Made by a program: the position numbers and the translations under genes. This document shows positions 10,379 to 21,370 of a stretch of 64,000 nucleotides of DNA, in pieces. The stretch's first letter is position 1; each line of letters starts with the position of its first letter. The stretch spans positions 1 through 64,000 of the forward strand of contig CDROCS010005513.1 of assembly GCA_977020255.1 (NCBI GenBank), read 5' to 3'. This DNA comes from Obrimoposthia wandeli (Eukaryota). The notes below the pieces were generated by a model. That model saw nothing but the letters and a program-made list of their open reading frames with translations, did not search any database and was not told the DNA's origin.

Positions 10379-11852
10379 CCCGAACGTGACGGCTAAAACT
10401 ATCAACAGCAATATTCAATAATGCGGCAATAACAATCAAGAATAAGGCTCGGTCAAAGCGCATATCTTCAAAGGCCGAGTCAATGTAAAAACCTAACGTA
10501 GTAATGCCTAAAATACCTAAAATGGCACTTTCACGAATAATTACTTCCCAACGATACAAGAGCAAACTTAGAAAGTGCGGGTAAATTCGAGGTGTCACTT
10601 CATAAAAATAATGATTAACCCCCCTTCCCGCGTCAGCCCTATATGCAATCTGTTCACTATGGCGCATCAATAAATAGCTAATCAGTCCGGCATTATGCAA
10701 AGCCAAAGCAAGTACCGCAGGTATTCCTGAAGGTCCGAAGATTAGTAAAAATACAAAGGCGAAAATTATTTCAGGAACTGAACGTAAAACCAATAAGGTG
10801 GTTCTACCAATACCCCGCATCAGGGAAAAGGGTTTTGGAAAAAAGCTTTTACTGGCCCAAGGATAAAACAATAAAACAAGCAACCCTGTAAGCACCAGTG
10901 CCAGCTGAGCTAATAACAAGGTATCCCAGAGGGCGGGTAAAGCAACATCGAATAATTGGTGCTGATACCAAATAATCGAAGCCGCCATATCGCCATTAAG
11001 CAGGGCTTTTGGCCAAATATCTTGCGTTAAAAATTGCACTAATGAACTGCCATAAACAGCAGGGGAATCAGGTAGTGCTATAAACGCTAATACTAAATAA
11101 ATCGGAATTAATATATACGTCGGTATTATCTTAGTAAAAAACCACCAACGAATTGTAGCGATTAAAATAAAGAAGGAAAATAACAAGCCTGCGGCTTCAT
11201 TATACTGGCCTTGTTTAAACGCAGTTTCCAAGTAGAAGCCTAAAGTCGGTAAACCAATAAAACCCAAAATAGTACTGGAGCGTAAGGCGCACTCAAAACG
11301 ATAACGGGTATAACTCACCATCTGTGGCCACGCTTGTGGTAGCCAAGTATAAACATACTGGCTTAAGCGACTTGTTTTAGTCGACAGTGTTGAGTGGGGT
11401 ACTGTGCTTTGCTGCTCGATGATTTCGGCAAACATCTTGGCAAAGATACCAGTAAAGGGCACCAGTATCGCGAGCACACCCGTTGTAGCGGATAGACCAT
11501 AGACCTGCATAAAAATCAGACCCCAGAACAACTCATGTACCGCTCGAATCGAGGCTGAAAAGATACGAACTATTCGAGAGTGAAAAACGAGAGCGAGTAA
11601 CAGTCCTAAAAAGGCAGCGCCTGATACCGCAATGAAAGCGAAAGCAACCGTAATGATTAAGCTATTAGCGAGTATCGAAAATTCAGGAAAGCTAGGCTGA
11701 ATAATCCCCAGCCCCATGCGTGCCAGCTCGTTCCACGGTTCGACCTGATAAATGACTAGGTCAGAAAATGGAATACACAGCAAAGCAACGACGATAAAAG
11801 CGAGGGAAAGATTACGCGAGCTATTTATATTTTTTTTAATATTAAACGTCAT
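10368..11852 (-). CDS. PhnE/PtxC-like ABC permease (two fused permease modules)
   Basis: Two EAA-like loops (RYRFECALRSSTILGFIGLPTLG and YRWEVIIRESAILGILGITTLG) and many TM helices. Confidence 0.85.
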   Translation of the reverse strand: MTFNIKKNINSSRNLSLAFIVVALLCIPFSDLVIYQVEPWNELARMGLGIIQPSFPEFSILANSLIITVAFAFIAVSGAAFLGLLLALVFHSRIVRIFSASIRAVHELFWGLIFMQVYGLSATTGVLAILVPFTGIFAKMFAEIIEQQSTVPHSTLSTKTSRLSQYVYTWLPQAWPQMVSYTRYRFECALRSSTILGFIGLPTLGFYLETAFKQGQYNEAAGLLFSFFILIATIRWWFFTKIIPTYILIPIYLVLAFIALPDSPAVYGSSLVQFLTQDIWPKALLNGDMAASIIWYQHQLFDVALPALWDTLLLAQLALVLTGLLVLLFYPWASKSFFPKPFSLMRGIGRTTLLVLRSVPEIIFAFVFLLIFGPSGIPAVLALALHNAGLISYLLMRHSEQIAYRADAGRGVNHYFYEVTPRIYPHFLSLLLYRWEVIIRESAILGILGITTLGFYIDSAFEDMRFDRALFLIVIAALLNIAVDSFSRHVRANV

Positions 11853-11857
11853 ATAAA

Positions 11858-12514
11858 TTACTCGTACAAAGAGTCGAGTAAGCCCGCTTGGTATTTATTT
11901 TTTATCAATTCTTTCGCTGGCGAATCAAAAATAATACGGCCGGCTTTAATACCGATAATACGATCAAAATTTGATAACGCTTGCTGGCGATTATGTAAGG
12001 CGAGAATGACTGTTTTATGGCGATTTAAAATCAGCTCTAAAATCTGCTGAGCTTGAACAGGGTCTAAACTCGAGACAGGTTCATCACCAAGAAAGTTCTC
12101 TTGCTGGCGAAATAACGCACGACCAATACCGATGCGCTGACGCTGGCCGCCAGAAAGCTGGCTAACGCTTTTCCATAAATGCTGCTGAGGATCTAACCCC
12201 AGCAATACACTCAATTCGCTAATCGCTTGCTTGGGTTTTGCTAAAGGCTTAATCAAATTAGCTAAGTTATACACAGCACTATGCTGGTCTAACTGACCCA
12301 TATAAATATTATGATAACCCGATAGCGCTTCAACCAAACCATGCTCTTGCGGACACCAAGCGACCTGATCAGCACATTGCTGATGCAGCGCATTTAACAA
12401 ACTGGTTTTACCACCACCCGATGGCCCTAATAGAGCCACCTTCTCACCGCTGTTAATGTTCAGAGTGATATCATTTAAGCGATCATCAAGTTGGTAGTGG
12501 TCGAGTTTAAACAT
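11858..12514 (-). CDS. PhnC-like ABC ATP-binding subunit
   Basis: Walker A GPSGGGKT, signature LSGGQRQR, Walker B FLGDEPVSSLDP, H-loop ALHN. Confidence 0.9.
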   Translation of the reverse strand: MFKLDHYQLDDRLNDITLNINSGEKVALLGPSGGGKTSLLNALHQQCADQVAWCPQEHGLVEALSGYHNIYMGQLDQHSAVYNLANLIKPLAKPKQAISELSVLLGLDPQQHLWKSVSQLSGGQRQRIGIGRALFRQQENFLGDEPVSSLDPVQAQQILELILNRHKTVILALHNRQQALSNFDRIIGIKAGRIIFDSPAKELIKNKYQAGLLDSLYE

Positions 12515-12542
12515 TATTAATAAAAACCTTAATCAATGATAC

Positions 12543-13451
12543 CTAGTCTATTAAACCAATGGCACGAGCGGTATTTTCGATCGGTGCATAATCGGCATTA
12601 CTTGCAGGTATAAATGACTGGCGAGGGAAGCTTGCCAATAAATCAGGATCTTTCATTTCAAGTAACGTTTTAGTAACAAGGTTTTTAAAGTCCGCGCCAA
12701 AACGTTGGTTTATATCGTTACGAACAGTCCACTGATAATCAGGATAGGTTGGTGTTGTCCAGATAACCGATACTTTTTTTGTATCAACCTTACCTGCCGC
12801 CAATTCTTCTTCCCAAACTTTATAGTTCACAGCACCTATTTGATAAGCACCTGACTGAACTTGAGCAATGGTACGGCTATGGTCACCAGAGAAACCAATG
12901 CGAGAGAAAATGTCATCTGGCGCAGCTTTAAATTCTTCACGTAAATAAAACTCCGGCATTAAACGACCCGACGTTGATCCCTTTGAACCAAAGGTAAAAG
13001 TCATATCCTTTGTATTGAATGCTTTGAAAGCATCAGAAAGATCAGCATTTGGCTTGAGGCCAGTAGAATGATGAGCAATGATGTAGCTTTTAAAAGATTG
13101 GTCTTCAAAGCCTTGGGCAATCGCTTCTGAACCTGGCACTAAAGCACGTGCTCGCACACCTGACAATCCACCAAACCAAGCAAGCTGTACCTGGTCATTA
13201 CGAAAAGCCGTAACCGCTGCTGCGTATGATTTAACCGGAATATATTTAACATTCACATCCAACTTCTTCGATAAATATACGGCAACTTTATTAAAACGCT
13301 GCTGCAAACGTGATTCATCCGCATCAGGAATCGCGGTAAAAACGAACGTTGGCTTTTCTGCGTTCTTTGTTTCTGCTTGTACATTACTGGCTAGTAATCC
13401 ACCCGCCAATAAACTCAATGTTGTTGCAATAAGAATTAATTGTTTTTTCAT
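12543..13451 (-). CDS. PhnD-like substrate-binding protein, putative selenate/selenite transporter subfamily
   Basis: Signal peptide, FTAIPDADE, FTFGSKGSTSGRLMP, WTTPTYPDYQWTVR. Directly downstream of selD-mnmH, as I recall for the TIGR04553 family. Confidence 0.8.
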   Translation of the reverse strand: MKKQLILIATTLSLLAGGLLASNVQAETKNAEKPTFVFTAIPDADESRLQQRFNKVAVYLSKKLDVNVKYIPVKSYAAAVTAFRNDQVQLAWFGGLSGVRARALVPGSEAIAQGFEDQSFKSYIIAHHSTGLKPNADLSDAFKAFNTKDMTFTFGSKGSTSGRLMPEFYLREEFKAAPDDIFSRIGFSGDHSRTIAQVQSGAYQIGAVNYKVWEEELAAGKVDTKKVSVIWTTPTYPDYQWTVRNDINQRFGADFKNLVTKTLLEMKDPDLLASFPRQSFIPASNADYAPIENTARAIGLID

Positions 13452-13517
13452 TTTTATTTTCCAGGCTTTAGATTTATAAACGGTTGTTTTAAGGTTTAAA
13501 TCAATGCGTAAACCGAA

Positions 13518-14690
13518 TTAAGTCAAGGCTCTTAAATAAGTTTCAACTTCAATGGCATTACCACGAAATACAATACGATCTTTGCGCTGTTCTAATAAAT
13601 AATCATATTGAGGGTCATAATATTCACTCAACAGAACTCGAATCCATTCACGGTGTAAACTATTGTCCCCCGCTTCATGGGCTACAAGCGCATTATCCAA
13701 CATAATCGTTAACTCCTGATGGCGTACACCACCCAATCGCTTACGAATATTGAACATCGATTTTTTCAATTCCTCAGAAAAAAGTTCAAATGCGGTCAAA
13801 TCCCCGTCATAAGGTTTTCCTTCAAGGCTAATAACTTTTGAATCGTCAGCACTAAACTCTTCCCACTCGGCCAATTTTTGTAAAATATAATTACTAAAAG
13901 AATGCTCAACGCGAGTTTCTAAATCTGCTTCCACAACAACCATGGGCGATTCATGCATAGCACTTCGCAGCTTAGTGGGCAAAGCGGAACGACCAATCAA
14001 ATGACTCTCGTCTTCTAATAAAATGGGTCTATTAGGCGCTTTATGATGCAAGCGCAAAAATTCAATCGACAGTTTATTTTCAAAATCAATCTGACTGGGC
14101 TGACCCGCAGCGCGTTTACCGAAAGCGCTGCCTCGGTGGTTGGCCAAACCTTCTAAATCAACGGCATTATCGAATTTTAATAATAAATCAGTTTTCGCAG
14201 CGCCCGTCTGGCCCGCAACAATATAAAATTTTTCTTTGCGCTGCGAGTCGGCCGCATAATCACAAATACTTTCTAGGCGGTCGATTAAAAAACGACGCAT
14301 CGCTTTATAGCCGCCCTTCACCAATGGATAATCATAGCCCGCTTCAGCTAACCAAGCTTGAGTAGTATGCGAGCGTAAGCCACCACGAAAACAATATAAA
14401 TAACCGTTCGGATTTTGCTTAACAAATTCAAGCCAGAGCGCCATACGCTCGTCTTTGGTTTCACCGGAGACTAAACGATGACCTAACTTAATCGCCGCTT
14501 CTTGGCCATCACGTTTATAAGACGTGCCGACTTTGGCGCGTTCAATGTCGGTCATCAAAGGTAAACTTTTCACATGGGGAAAAGCGCCTTTTTTAAACTC
14601 AATCGGTGCACGGGTATCAAACATCGGTGTATCAGTTAAAAATAATGCTTCGTAGTCATCAGTATCCTGCCTTTTATTAGCAGTCATCAA
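13518..14690 (-). CDS. mnmH: tRNA 2-selenouridine synthase
   Basis: Rhodanese domain DTRAPIEF and [10 protein letters not shown]-loop [27 protein letters not shown]. Overlaps selD by 4 bp. Confidence 0.93.
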   Translation of the reverse strand: MMTANKRQDTDDYEALFLTDTPMFDTRAPIEFKKGAFPHVKSLPLMTDIERAKVGTSYKRDGQEAAIKLGHRLVSGETKDERMALWLEFVKQNPNGYLYCFRGGLRSHTTQAWLAEAGYDYPLVKGGYKAMRRFLIDRLESICDYAADSQRKEKFYIVAGQTGAAKTDLLLKFDNAVDLEGLANHRGSAFGKRAAGQPSQIDFENKLSIEFLRLHHKAPNRPILLEDESHLIGRSALPTKLRSAMHESPMVVVEADLETRVEHSFSNYILQKLAEWEEFSADDSKVISLEGKPYDGDLTAFELFSEELKKSMFNIRKRLGGVRHQELTIMLDNALVAHEAGDNSLHREWIRVLLSEYYDPQYDYLLEQRKDRIVFRGNAIEVETYLRALT

Positions 14691-15772
14691 ACTACCTCAA
14701 CCAATACCGTTGCATTGTTATCATTCGCAAACAATTCACCAATCGGCTGCGCATACAAACCAGCATTTGATAATAACGCCACTAATTCTGCTTCAGTTTC
14801 AGGCTCAACCGCAATCAACAAACCACCACTGGTTTGAGGATCACATAATAAATTACGCTGCTCTTCACTCATCGGCGCAAGTTTATGTCCATATGAATCG
14901 AAGTTACGTAACGTTCCACCTGGAACACACCCCATTTCAAGATAGTCTTTTACCGGCTCTAAAAAGGGAATCGCATCGAAGTTAATTTTGGCTTTTACGC
15001 CACTGCCTTCACACATTTCAATTAAGTGGCCCATCAAAGCAAAACCCGTCACATCAGTCATGGCCGTTACGCCAGAAATATCGGCAACTTCAGCACCAAT
15101 TTTATTTAACTGACACATCACCTCAACCGCTAAACCTTCATGCTCTGGCTTTAACTTCTTCTGCTTTTGCGCGGTGGTTAAAATGCCTACGCCCAATTTT
15201 TTAGTCAAATACAACTTGCAACCTGGCGTCGCCGTATTGTTTTGCTTTAACTTAGATTTTTCTACTTGGCCTGTCACCGCTAAACCAAAAATCGGCTCAG
15301 GGGAATCAATACTGTGGCCACCCGCTAACATAATACCCGCATCCATACAGGCTTGGCGTCCACCATCAACAACCTGCTGAGCAACTTCGGCGGATAACAC
15401 GTTGATCGGCCAACCCAAAATAGCAATGGCCATTAACGGCTTACCGCCCATGGCATAAATATCACTGATCGCATTTGTCGCCGCAATACGACCAAAATCA
15501 AAGGCGTCATCAGCAATCGGCATAAAGAAATCCGTGGTACTTAAAACCACCTGCCCATTGCCCATATCATAAGCCGCAGCATCGTCTTTGCTGCTATTGC
15601 CCACCAATAAATTGGGATCCATCTTCACATCAAGCTTAGAAGCAACGATGGTTTCCAAAACCTGCGGCGATATCTTACAGCCACAACCCGCGCCATGGCT
15701 GTATTCAGTAAGCTTAATAGCCGAAGAGGTCGCAGTATTGGAGGACGTTGTAGAGGGCGCTGTAGAGGACAT
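14687..15772 (-). CDS. selD: Selenide, water dikinase (Cys-type)
   Basis: [56 protein letters not shown] at 15772 chosen over the longer ORF start at 15793. Confidence 0.95.
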   Translation of the reverse strand: MSSTAPSTTSSNTATSSAIKLTEYSHGAGCGCKISPQVLETIVASKLDVKMDPNLLVGNSSKDDAAAYDMGNGQVVLSTTDFFMPIADDAFDFGRIAATNAISDIYAMGGKPLMAIAILGWPINVLSAEVAQQVVDGGRQACMDAGIMLAGGHSIDSPEPIFGLAVTGQVEKSKLKQNNTATPGCKLYLTKKLGVGILTTAQKQKKLKPEHEGLAVEVMCQLNKIGAEVADISGVTAMTDVTGFALMGHLIEMCEGSGVKAKINFDAIPFLEPVKDYLEMGCVPGGTLRNFDSYGHKLAPMSEEQRNLLCDPQTSGGLLIAVEPETEAELVALLSNAGLYAQPIGELFANDNNATVLVEVV

Positions 15773-15856
15773 TGTGGTAAGCCTAAAAATCAAAAAAATA
15801 GAGAAGGAAAATCATGGGGCGAATGATACGGATTTAAGCTGTAAAAGTCACAAAAT

Positions 15857-16492
15857 CTAATGACTATAAGATAACAGCAGCTTATCAATGCCCTTCTTAG
15901 GGGTCTTTTCGAGCTTTTTAATTAGCTCAAAGGGGATATCAAATACACCATAGCGCTCACCGATATCTTCGAGCATTTTCATCCATACCTTAGCCGTCAT
16001 TTCACTGTCGTATAATGCGCGGTGAAATCCACCTGAACTTTCGATGTTAGCAAAACGCACCAGTTCACCTAATTTATGACTGTGCGCATTTTGAAAAATA
16101 CGTCTTGAGAGTAATAACGAGCAAGAGAAATCACCCGCATAGTCGCGCCCAATCCGTTCAAGTTCAGCATCCAAAAAGCGTTTATCAAACGATGCATTAT
16201 GGGCAATTAAATTATCATCACCGATAAAGTCTGCGAAGCGATCCATCACAATAGCGCACGAATCAGCCTCTACCAGCATGTCATTACTGATGCCAGTATA
16301 GTCTTCTATAAAAGCACTGACTCGCTGGCCTGGGTTCATTAACTCTTGGAAGCGTTCGGTAATTTCGCCATTAACCAAACGTACGGCACCGATTTCAATC
16401 GCTCGATCACCTATATTGGGTGATAAGCCCGTCGTCTCGAAATCGAGAATCACCAAGCTGTCTGCTCGATGAACTTTACCTATTTCACTCAT
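15857..16492 (-). CDS. DEDDh 3'-5' exonuclease (DNA Pol III epsilon-like)
   Basis: ExoI LDFETTG, ExoII HNASFD, ExoIII HRALYD. ATG at 16492 overlaps the upstream stop. Confidence 0.88.
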   Translation of the reverse strand: MSEIGKVHRADSLVILDFETTGLSPNIGDRAIEIGAVRLVNGEITERFQELMNPGQRVSAFIEDYTGISNDMLVEADSCAIVMDRFADFIGDDNLIAHNASFDKRFLDAELERIGRDYAGDFSCSLLLSRRIFQNAHSHKLGELVRFANIESSGGFHRALYDSEMTAKVWMKMLEDIGERYGVFDIPFELIKKLEKTPKKGIDKLLLSYSH

Positions 16493-18137
16493 GTTTTTCA
16501 CCTGCCTGCAGCGCATCATTTAAATGCACTTTTTTAGTATTGGGTAAGTTAGCAACGTTACGCATAACCTCAATACCCTCTACCGCATAATTCTCAATCA
16601 TCTCGCCAGTCACTTCATAAGGTGAACCTAACGATAAACCCAACTTACCTTTGGTTAACTTAATGCCTTGCAAAATATCCGACCCACCCACCAAGCTCAG
16701 GGGTAAAATAACGTCACCTGGGCGTAAATAAGCCTGTAAATATTTAGGGTTAAAATATTTCAAGGTAATATCGCCATTATCTTCGACATAAGAACGAGAA
16801 CCTTCAGGAAAGATTAAAAATGGCTCGTGCATCACCTGCTTAAATAAATCGTAATCTTCTTTATCAAGTTCCGCAGCCACTTCAGCCGCATCACAAGCCA
16901 CCAAGTATTCGATCAACTCCTTTTGCTCTTCTGCACTTAAAACTTCGTCCAGCCAAGATAAGCTGTTATTTAATAAGGCCTGTTCGGCTTGCATATTTTG
17001 GTAGTTCAAAATCAACTGCATAAAATCGCGATAGCTAAACTGCTCGATTAATTTTAAGCCTACATTTGGCATCTTGATTAAAAACTGCGTCCGACGGGCA
17101 CTTTTTTGCAAGGCAGCTGCTAAACCATCTTCATTGACTTTAGTCGTGCGCTGCGACGGCAAGGTTAAGAACATATTGCCGACATTACTAGCACCACTTT
17201 TCAAGAATAAACTCGAAAACATGCGCGGGCCCACAACGGTATTATTATTTTCTGCGAGATTATCAAACCCCAGGCGACGCAATGCACTGCGCACAAAATA
17301 AGGTCCTAAATAGCCCTCATGATGGCCAATAATAAAAACCCGATGACCATGAGCCTTAAATACCGAGGCCTCATACAAATGGCGAACACTATGACTGGAT
17401 TCAACTTGTCTTTTAGAATCATCTCTAAACGACGTTTGCTTACCATCGTCATCCACTAAAATAATATCTTGAATATAGCGAGCTTCTAAAACTCCGAATA
17501 ATTTATGCCATAACGCTCTGTCGGGTAGAACCGGGGATAATGATCGCTTGAATGAGAATGGCGTCGCCAATAAGCGCTCTACAGGGCTTTTATTGAATTC
17601 CTTAAAATAGGAATGCTGCAGCATCTGGTTTTTACGTGCTACAAGCTTATCAACAACATCGGGAAAGTGTTGCTTAAAATCCAATCCTTGCTGAGTCGCA
17701 TGACCAATTAATTCATCCATGTGCTGAACAAGCTTGTCATTATATGGAGATTGCTTAAAGGCATAATATTTAGTGCGAATAAAATCAACCATACCTTTAA
17801 AGTTAGTCACCACACTCGCAGTATGTAGGCTTTGCTTAATAATTTCGGGCGCTGGCACTTTCATTAACAAGTTCACAAAGCCACGCTTTAGCACGTCAAC
17901 CCAGCCCGCTAACTTAGAAAAAATCGCCATCGAAAAAACGGTGATTTTAGAGAGCACATCACGCTTATCAATCGACGCTAGAGACTTCTCTAAACGGCCT
18001 TTATTCTGCTGTAAAAACTGCAGTGCCTCAGCCGGAGTCAAGGTTTTCTTTTTAAAACCTTGTATTAAAGGATCATCATTAGCCTGTTCATCGACTAACT
18101 TATCGCCTGATAGCTTTTCATCAGTATCTTTTGTCAT
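16485..18137 (-). CDS. Divergent acyltransferase-fold protein (plastid/chlamydial GPAT-like), 550 aa
   Basis: [36 protein letters not shown] and [10 protein letters not shown] follow the block order of glycerolipid acyltransferases. Confidence 0.55.
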   Translation of the reverse strand: MTKDTDEKLSGDKLVDEQANDDPLIQGFKKKTLTPAEALQFLQQNKGRLEKSLASIDKRDVLSKITVFSMAIFSKLAGWVDVLKRGFVNLLMKVPAPEIIKQSLHTASVVTNFKGMVDFIRTKYYAFKQSPYNDKLVQHMDELIGHATQQGLDFKQHFPDVVDKLVARKNQMLQHSYFKEFNKSPVERLLATPFSFKRSLSPVLPDRALWHKLFGVLEARYIQDIILVDDDGKQTSFRDDSKRQVESSHSVRHLYEASVFKAHGHRVFIIGHHEGYLGPYFVRSALRRLGFDNLAENNNTVVGPRMFSSLFLKSGASNVGNMFLTLPSQRTTKVNEDGLAAALQKSARRTQFLIKMPNVGLKLIEQFSYRDFMQLILNYQNMQAEQALLNNSLSWLDEVLSAEEQKELIEYLVACDAAEVAAELDKEDYDLFKQVMHEPFLIFPEGSRSYVEDNGDITLKYFNPKYLQAYLRPGDVILPLSLVGGSDILQGIKLTKGKLGLSLGSPYEVTGEMIENYAVEGIEVMRNVANLPNTKKVHLNDALQAGEKHE

Positions 18138-18360
18138 CTATACGCCGTTTTAATCCAATCAAGCACAAGTATGATGCCATATTACCTTGCTATAAATAAC
18201 AGATCATCAACCTTAATCAACAATAGCGATCTTTTTCATTAAGCTGCTACTATATTAGCCGAATAATAAGCACAGCATTACTCGTACATGCCTTCTGATA
18301 CAGGTCAGCGAATACATGTTATTGAGTAGCATCACCCATAGAATTTTTAGAGATATCTTC

Positions 18361-18870
18361 ATGCTGAGCAATTTTATCGCCTCGCTAAAGCAAAATCTTA
18401 CCGATAAGGCATTTTGGCTTTCAAACCTAAAAACATTAGCTCTGATGCTGATCGTCATGATCGTAATCACTCAATATCAACAACGTGATATGAACACAGG
18501 TCCAGCCCTCAGTTTACCCGACATTAACTACAGTGATGGTTCAACTTTAGTCTACTTCTGGGGAAGTTGGTGTTCAATTTGCCGCACTACCTCGCCATTT
18601 ATCAGCACCCTAGCACAAGAAGATAACCATAATGTGATCTCAGTAGCCCTCTCATCAGGCAGTGATGAAGAGATTGATCGCTACATGAAAGAACACGACT
18701 ACCAATTCAAAACCATCAATGACGATAATGGAAAAATCAGCAAAAACTGGGGCGTCGCGGTCACCCCAAGTATTTTTATAATCGACTCAAAGGGGGATAT
18801 CCGCTTTACCAGTACCGGCATGACAAGCCTATGGGGAATGAAACTGAGATTGTGGATAGCGTCGCTGTAG
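18361..18870 (+). CDS. Membrane-anchored thioredoxin-like disulfide oxidoreductase (TlpA/ResA-like)
   Basis: N-terminal TM helix, FWGSWCSICR (CxxC), cis-Pro motif VTPSIFII. ATG at 18361 preferred. Confidence 0.85.
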   Translation: MLSNFIASLKQNLTDKAFWLSNLKTLALMLIVMIVITQYQQRDMNTGPALSLPDINYSDGSTLVYFWGSWCSICRTTSPFISTLAQEDNHNVISVALSSGSDEEIDRYMKEHDYQFKTINDDNGKISKNWGVAVTPSIFIIDSKGDIRFTSTGMTSLWGMKLRLWIASL

Positions 18871-18908
18871 GGCTGGGCTTTTTAGCTGGCTTCTTTTTAA
18901 AGGAAGTC

Positions 18909-18944
18909 TTAGTTACAATATTAGTTACAATATTAGTTACAATA
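18909..18944. repeat. Tandem repeat, 3 x 12 bp TTAGTTACAATA
   Basis: Three exact copies ending 13 bp before the ATG at 18958. Confidence 0.9.
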
Positions 18945-18957
18945 CCCTCAATGCGTA

Positions 18958-19896
18958 ATGGAATACCTTGAATCAATGAAAGCCTCTTTCTCCATAAAGC
19001 CTCTCTTTATACCAACTCTCATCCTGAGTCTTTTTATCTCTACGGCGCAAGCAAGCCAGATATACGATTTAGAGTCTGAATCGACAAAATCAAAATCAAA
19101 ATCGCGCAGTCACTCTTCAAGCAATAATGATTCTAATAGCAGCTCTAGCTCTGATGACACCATCGGCGATTCTATTGGCGCAGCGGCAGGAGGATTTTTG
19201 GTAGAAATCTTCATCTCAGCAGCGCAAGCGGGAATCATCGGGATGGCGTTTGCGGGTGATAACAGTATGCAACGCTATCAGCGTAATGAACCAGAAATGG
19301 TCGATCCCGAAGAGTTAAAAGTCGCTAGAGACTTAGTCGCAACGAATAAAATGTCTAAAGCTGAATATACTGAATTTCAACACTTGGATTACAAAAGTAC
19401 CCTATTCCGCACTAACGGCGACCCTATTCTTCCAGCGATACGATTAAGCTCACAATGGTTATCAGGTGCTGGGGGTATCAATGCGCAGCTGTATCGAGCT
19501 GAGGCGGGTTATGGATTAATGGGCATCAGTTATTCACAAAACAAACTGCAAGAGGATGGCGATTCTCTCACCCTCTCTAATCTACTGGTGCATTATCGTA
19601 TGAGTCTTAGCAATGACCTCAGTTGGCATCTTGCTTATGGTCGCGGCAAGATGAACGGTAACCAAAAGCATGACGGCAGCGTATTTGCGATGCCTATTCG
19701 TTTTCGCTACCACGAAGATTGGCACTTTGAATATTACCCCGTCTGGAGCAGCTATGAGGGTGGCTCGCTATCCGAGCACCAATTCAGTTTTAATTATCAT
19801 TACAACTATATTGGTGCAACGGTAGGTTATAAAACCTGGTCAGCGGGAACCACCGCAGTCGAGGGTTTATTCACAGGCCTTTATCTTTCTTTTTAA
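18958..19896 (+). CDS. Exported protein, probable outer-membrane beta-barrel
   Basis: Signal peptide ending AQA, Ser-rich linker, alternating beta-strand pattern in the C-terminal half, terminal GLYLSF. Confidence 0.6.
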   Translation: MEYLESMKASFSIKPLFIPTLILSLFISTAQASQIYDLESESTKSKSKSRSHSSSNNDSNSSSSSDDTIGDSIGAAAGGFLVEIFISAAQAGIIGMAFAGDNSMQRYQRNEPEMVDPEELKVARDLVATNKMSKAEYTEFQHLDYKSTLFRTNGDPILPAIRLSSQWLSGAGGINAQLYRAEAGYGLMGISYSQNKLQEDGDSLTLSNLLVHYRMSLSNDLSWHLAYGRGKMNGNQKHDGSVFAMPIRFRYHEDWHFEYYPVWSSYEGGSLSEHQFSFNYHYNYIGATVGYKTWSAGTTAVEGLFTGLYLSF

Positions 19897-19929
19897 AGGC
19901 ACTTTTTACAGTATTATAAAATACAGACT

Positions 19930-20343
19930 CTAGAACGGCACATCGTCATCAAAATTATTTGAAGACGGGGTAAAGTCTGCCATATTGAAATTATTGCCAC
20001 CCACATTTCCGCCATCAGGCGCTGAGCCACCAAAACCCGCATCAGCGCTTTCAATGCGCCAAGCCTGCAAACTGGTAAAGCACTTCTCTGGTTTACCTTG
20101 TGCTGCCCAGAGGCGACCCGATAAGTTAAAGTGAGCAATAATTTCTTGCCCCAACTGATACTTATCCATCAATTCACACTTATCTTTCAATAATTCTAAC
20201 GCGACATAACTTGGGTACGAAGGGTTCTCGCCTTCGCCACTTAACTTGATAACAAACTCGCGTTTAGTGAAACCGTTCTGGCCGAACGACTGAGTCTCAC
20301 CAATAGAATGGATAACCCCTTGAACTTCAAAACTCTTCGACAT
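19930..20343 (-). CDS. DUF3127 OB-fold protein with SSB-like acidic tail
   Basis: EVQGVIHSIGETQSFGQNGFTKREFVI, FNLSGRLW, FTSLQAWRIE; Gly/Asn-rich linker; ends FDDDVPF. Confidence 0.8.
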   Translation of the reverse strand: MSKSFEVQGVIHSIGETQSFGQNGFTKREFVIKLSGEGENPSYPSYVALELLKDKCELMDKYQLGQEIIAHFNLSGRLWAAQGKPEKCFTSLQAWRIESADAGFGGSAPDGGNVGGNNFNMADFTPSSNNFDDDVPF

Positions 20344-20369
20344 GTCTTTACCTTCTCACAACTTAAACT

Positions 20370-20411
20370 AAAAAAACCTGTTCTCGGTAGCTTACCAAAA
20401 ACAGGTTTTTT
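20370..20411 (-). terminator. Intrinsic terminator after rluB
   Basis: AAAAAAACCTGTT...AACAGGTTTTTT inverted repeat with flanking A and T runs. Confidence 0.6.
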
Positions 20412-20476
20412 ATTTAACACAATTCATTCCAATTTAAACAGCTGATTGCTGTTTAAATAACTCAGCAAAAGAATGA

Positions 20477-21316
20477 TTAACGTTTTTTAAACGTCGTCTT
20501 CTGGCGAACTTTCTGCTTACGAGCCTGACGTTCATATTTCTCTTTTTCTTGACCATCAAGATGCTTAATCGGCTTAGAATCAACACCGGCAAGAGCACTT
20601 AAATCATCAGATTCTTTTTGCTTCAACTCAATCCAAGTACCAACAGGCACTTGCTTAGGCATAAAGATACAACCATAACGAACACGTTTAAGACGACTTA
20701 CTGTTACGCCCTGCGAATCCCAAAGACGACGCACTTCGCGCTTCTTACCTTCCATCAATACAACGTGATACCACTGGTTTGAACCATCACCATCGAAGTA
20801 TTGAACGTCGGTAAACTTCGCCATGCCATCTTCTAGCATAACGCCAGTTTTTAAATTCTTAATCATTTCTTCGGTTACTTCACCACGAACACGCACTGCG
20901 TATTCACGGTCAATGCCGGAAGAAGGATGCATTAGCTTATTCGCCAACTCACCATCGGTTGTGAACAATAATAAACCACTGGTATTGATATCCAAACGGC
21001 CAACATTCACCCAACGCTCGCCTTTTAATTTAGGCAGCTTATCAAATACTGTTGGACGACCTTCTGGATCGTGCTGAGTACACACTTCACCTTCTGGCTT
21101 GTTATAGGCAAGAATACGGCGAGTTTTACCCGTGCTTTCCAGCTTAACGTCTCTGCCATCTACTTGAATTTTATCAAGGTGACTAGCTCGCTGACCTAGC
21201 TCAGCAATGTCGCCATTAACTTTAATGCGACCATCAGTAATCCAACGTTCAATCTCGCGACGTGAACCTAAACCAGCAACAGCCAATAATTTTTGTAAGC
21301 GCTCATTCTCATTCAT
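20477..21316 (-). CDS. rluB: 23S rRNA pseudouridine(2605) synthase
   Basis: S4 domain ERLQKLLAVAGLGSRREIE, catalytic VGRLDINTSGLLLFT; downstream of scpAB. Confidence 0.92.
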   Translation of the reverse strand: MNENERLQKLLAVAGLGSRREIERWITDGRIKVNGDIAELGQRASHLDKIQVDGRDVKLESTGKTRRILAYNKPEGEVCTQHDPEGRPTVFDKLPKLKGERWVNVGRLDINTSGLLLFTTDGELANKLMHPSSGIDREYAVRVRGEVTEEMIKNLKTGVMLEDGMAKFTDVQYFDGDGSNQWYHVVLMEGKKREVRRLWDSQGVTVSRLKRVRYGCIFMPKQVPVGTWIELKQKESDDLSALAGVDSKPIKHLDGQEKEKYERQARKQKVRQKTTFKKR

Positions 21317-21370
21317 AGTGCTTATGTAACCTTCAATCTTTATACAGTTATATTTAACGAATAATTACCA

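Noticed and set aside
14687-15793. SelD as a selenoprotein
   Set aside because: The active-site motif is encoded as GAGCGCK with Cys codons; there is no in-frame TGA.
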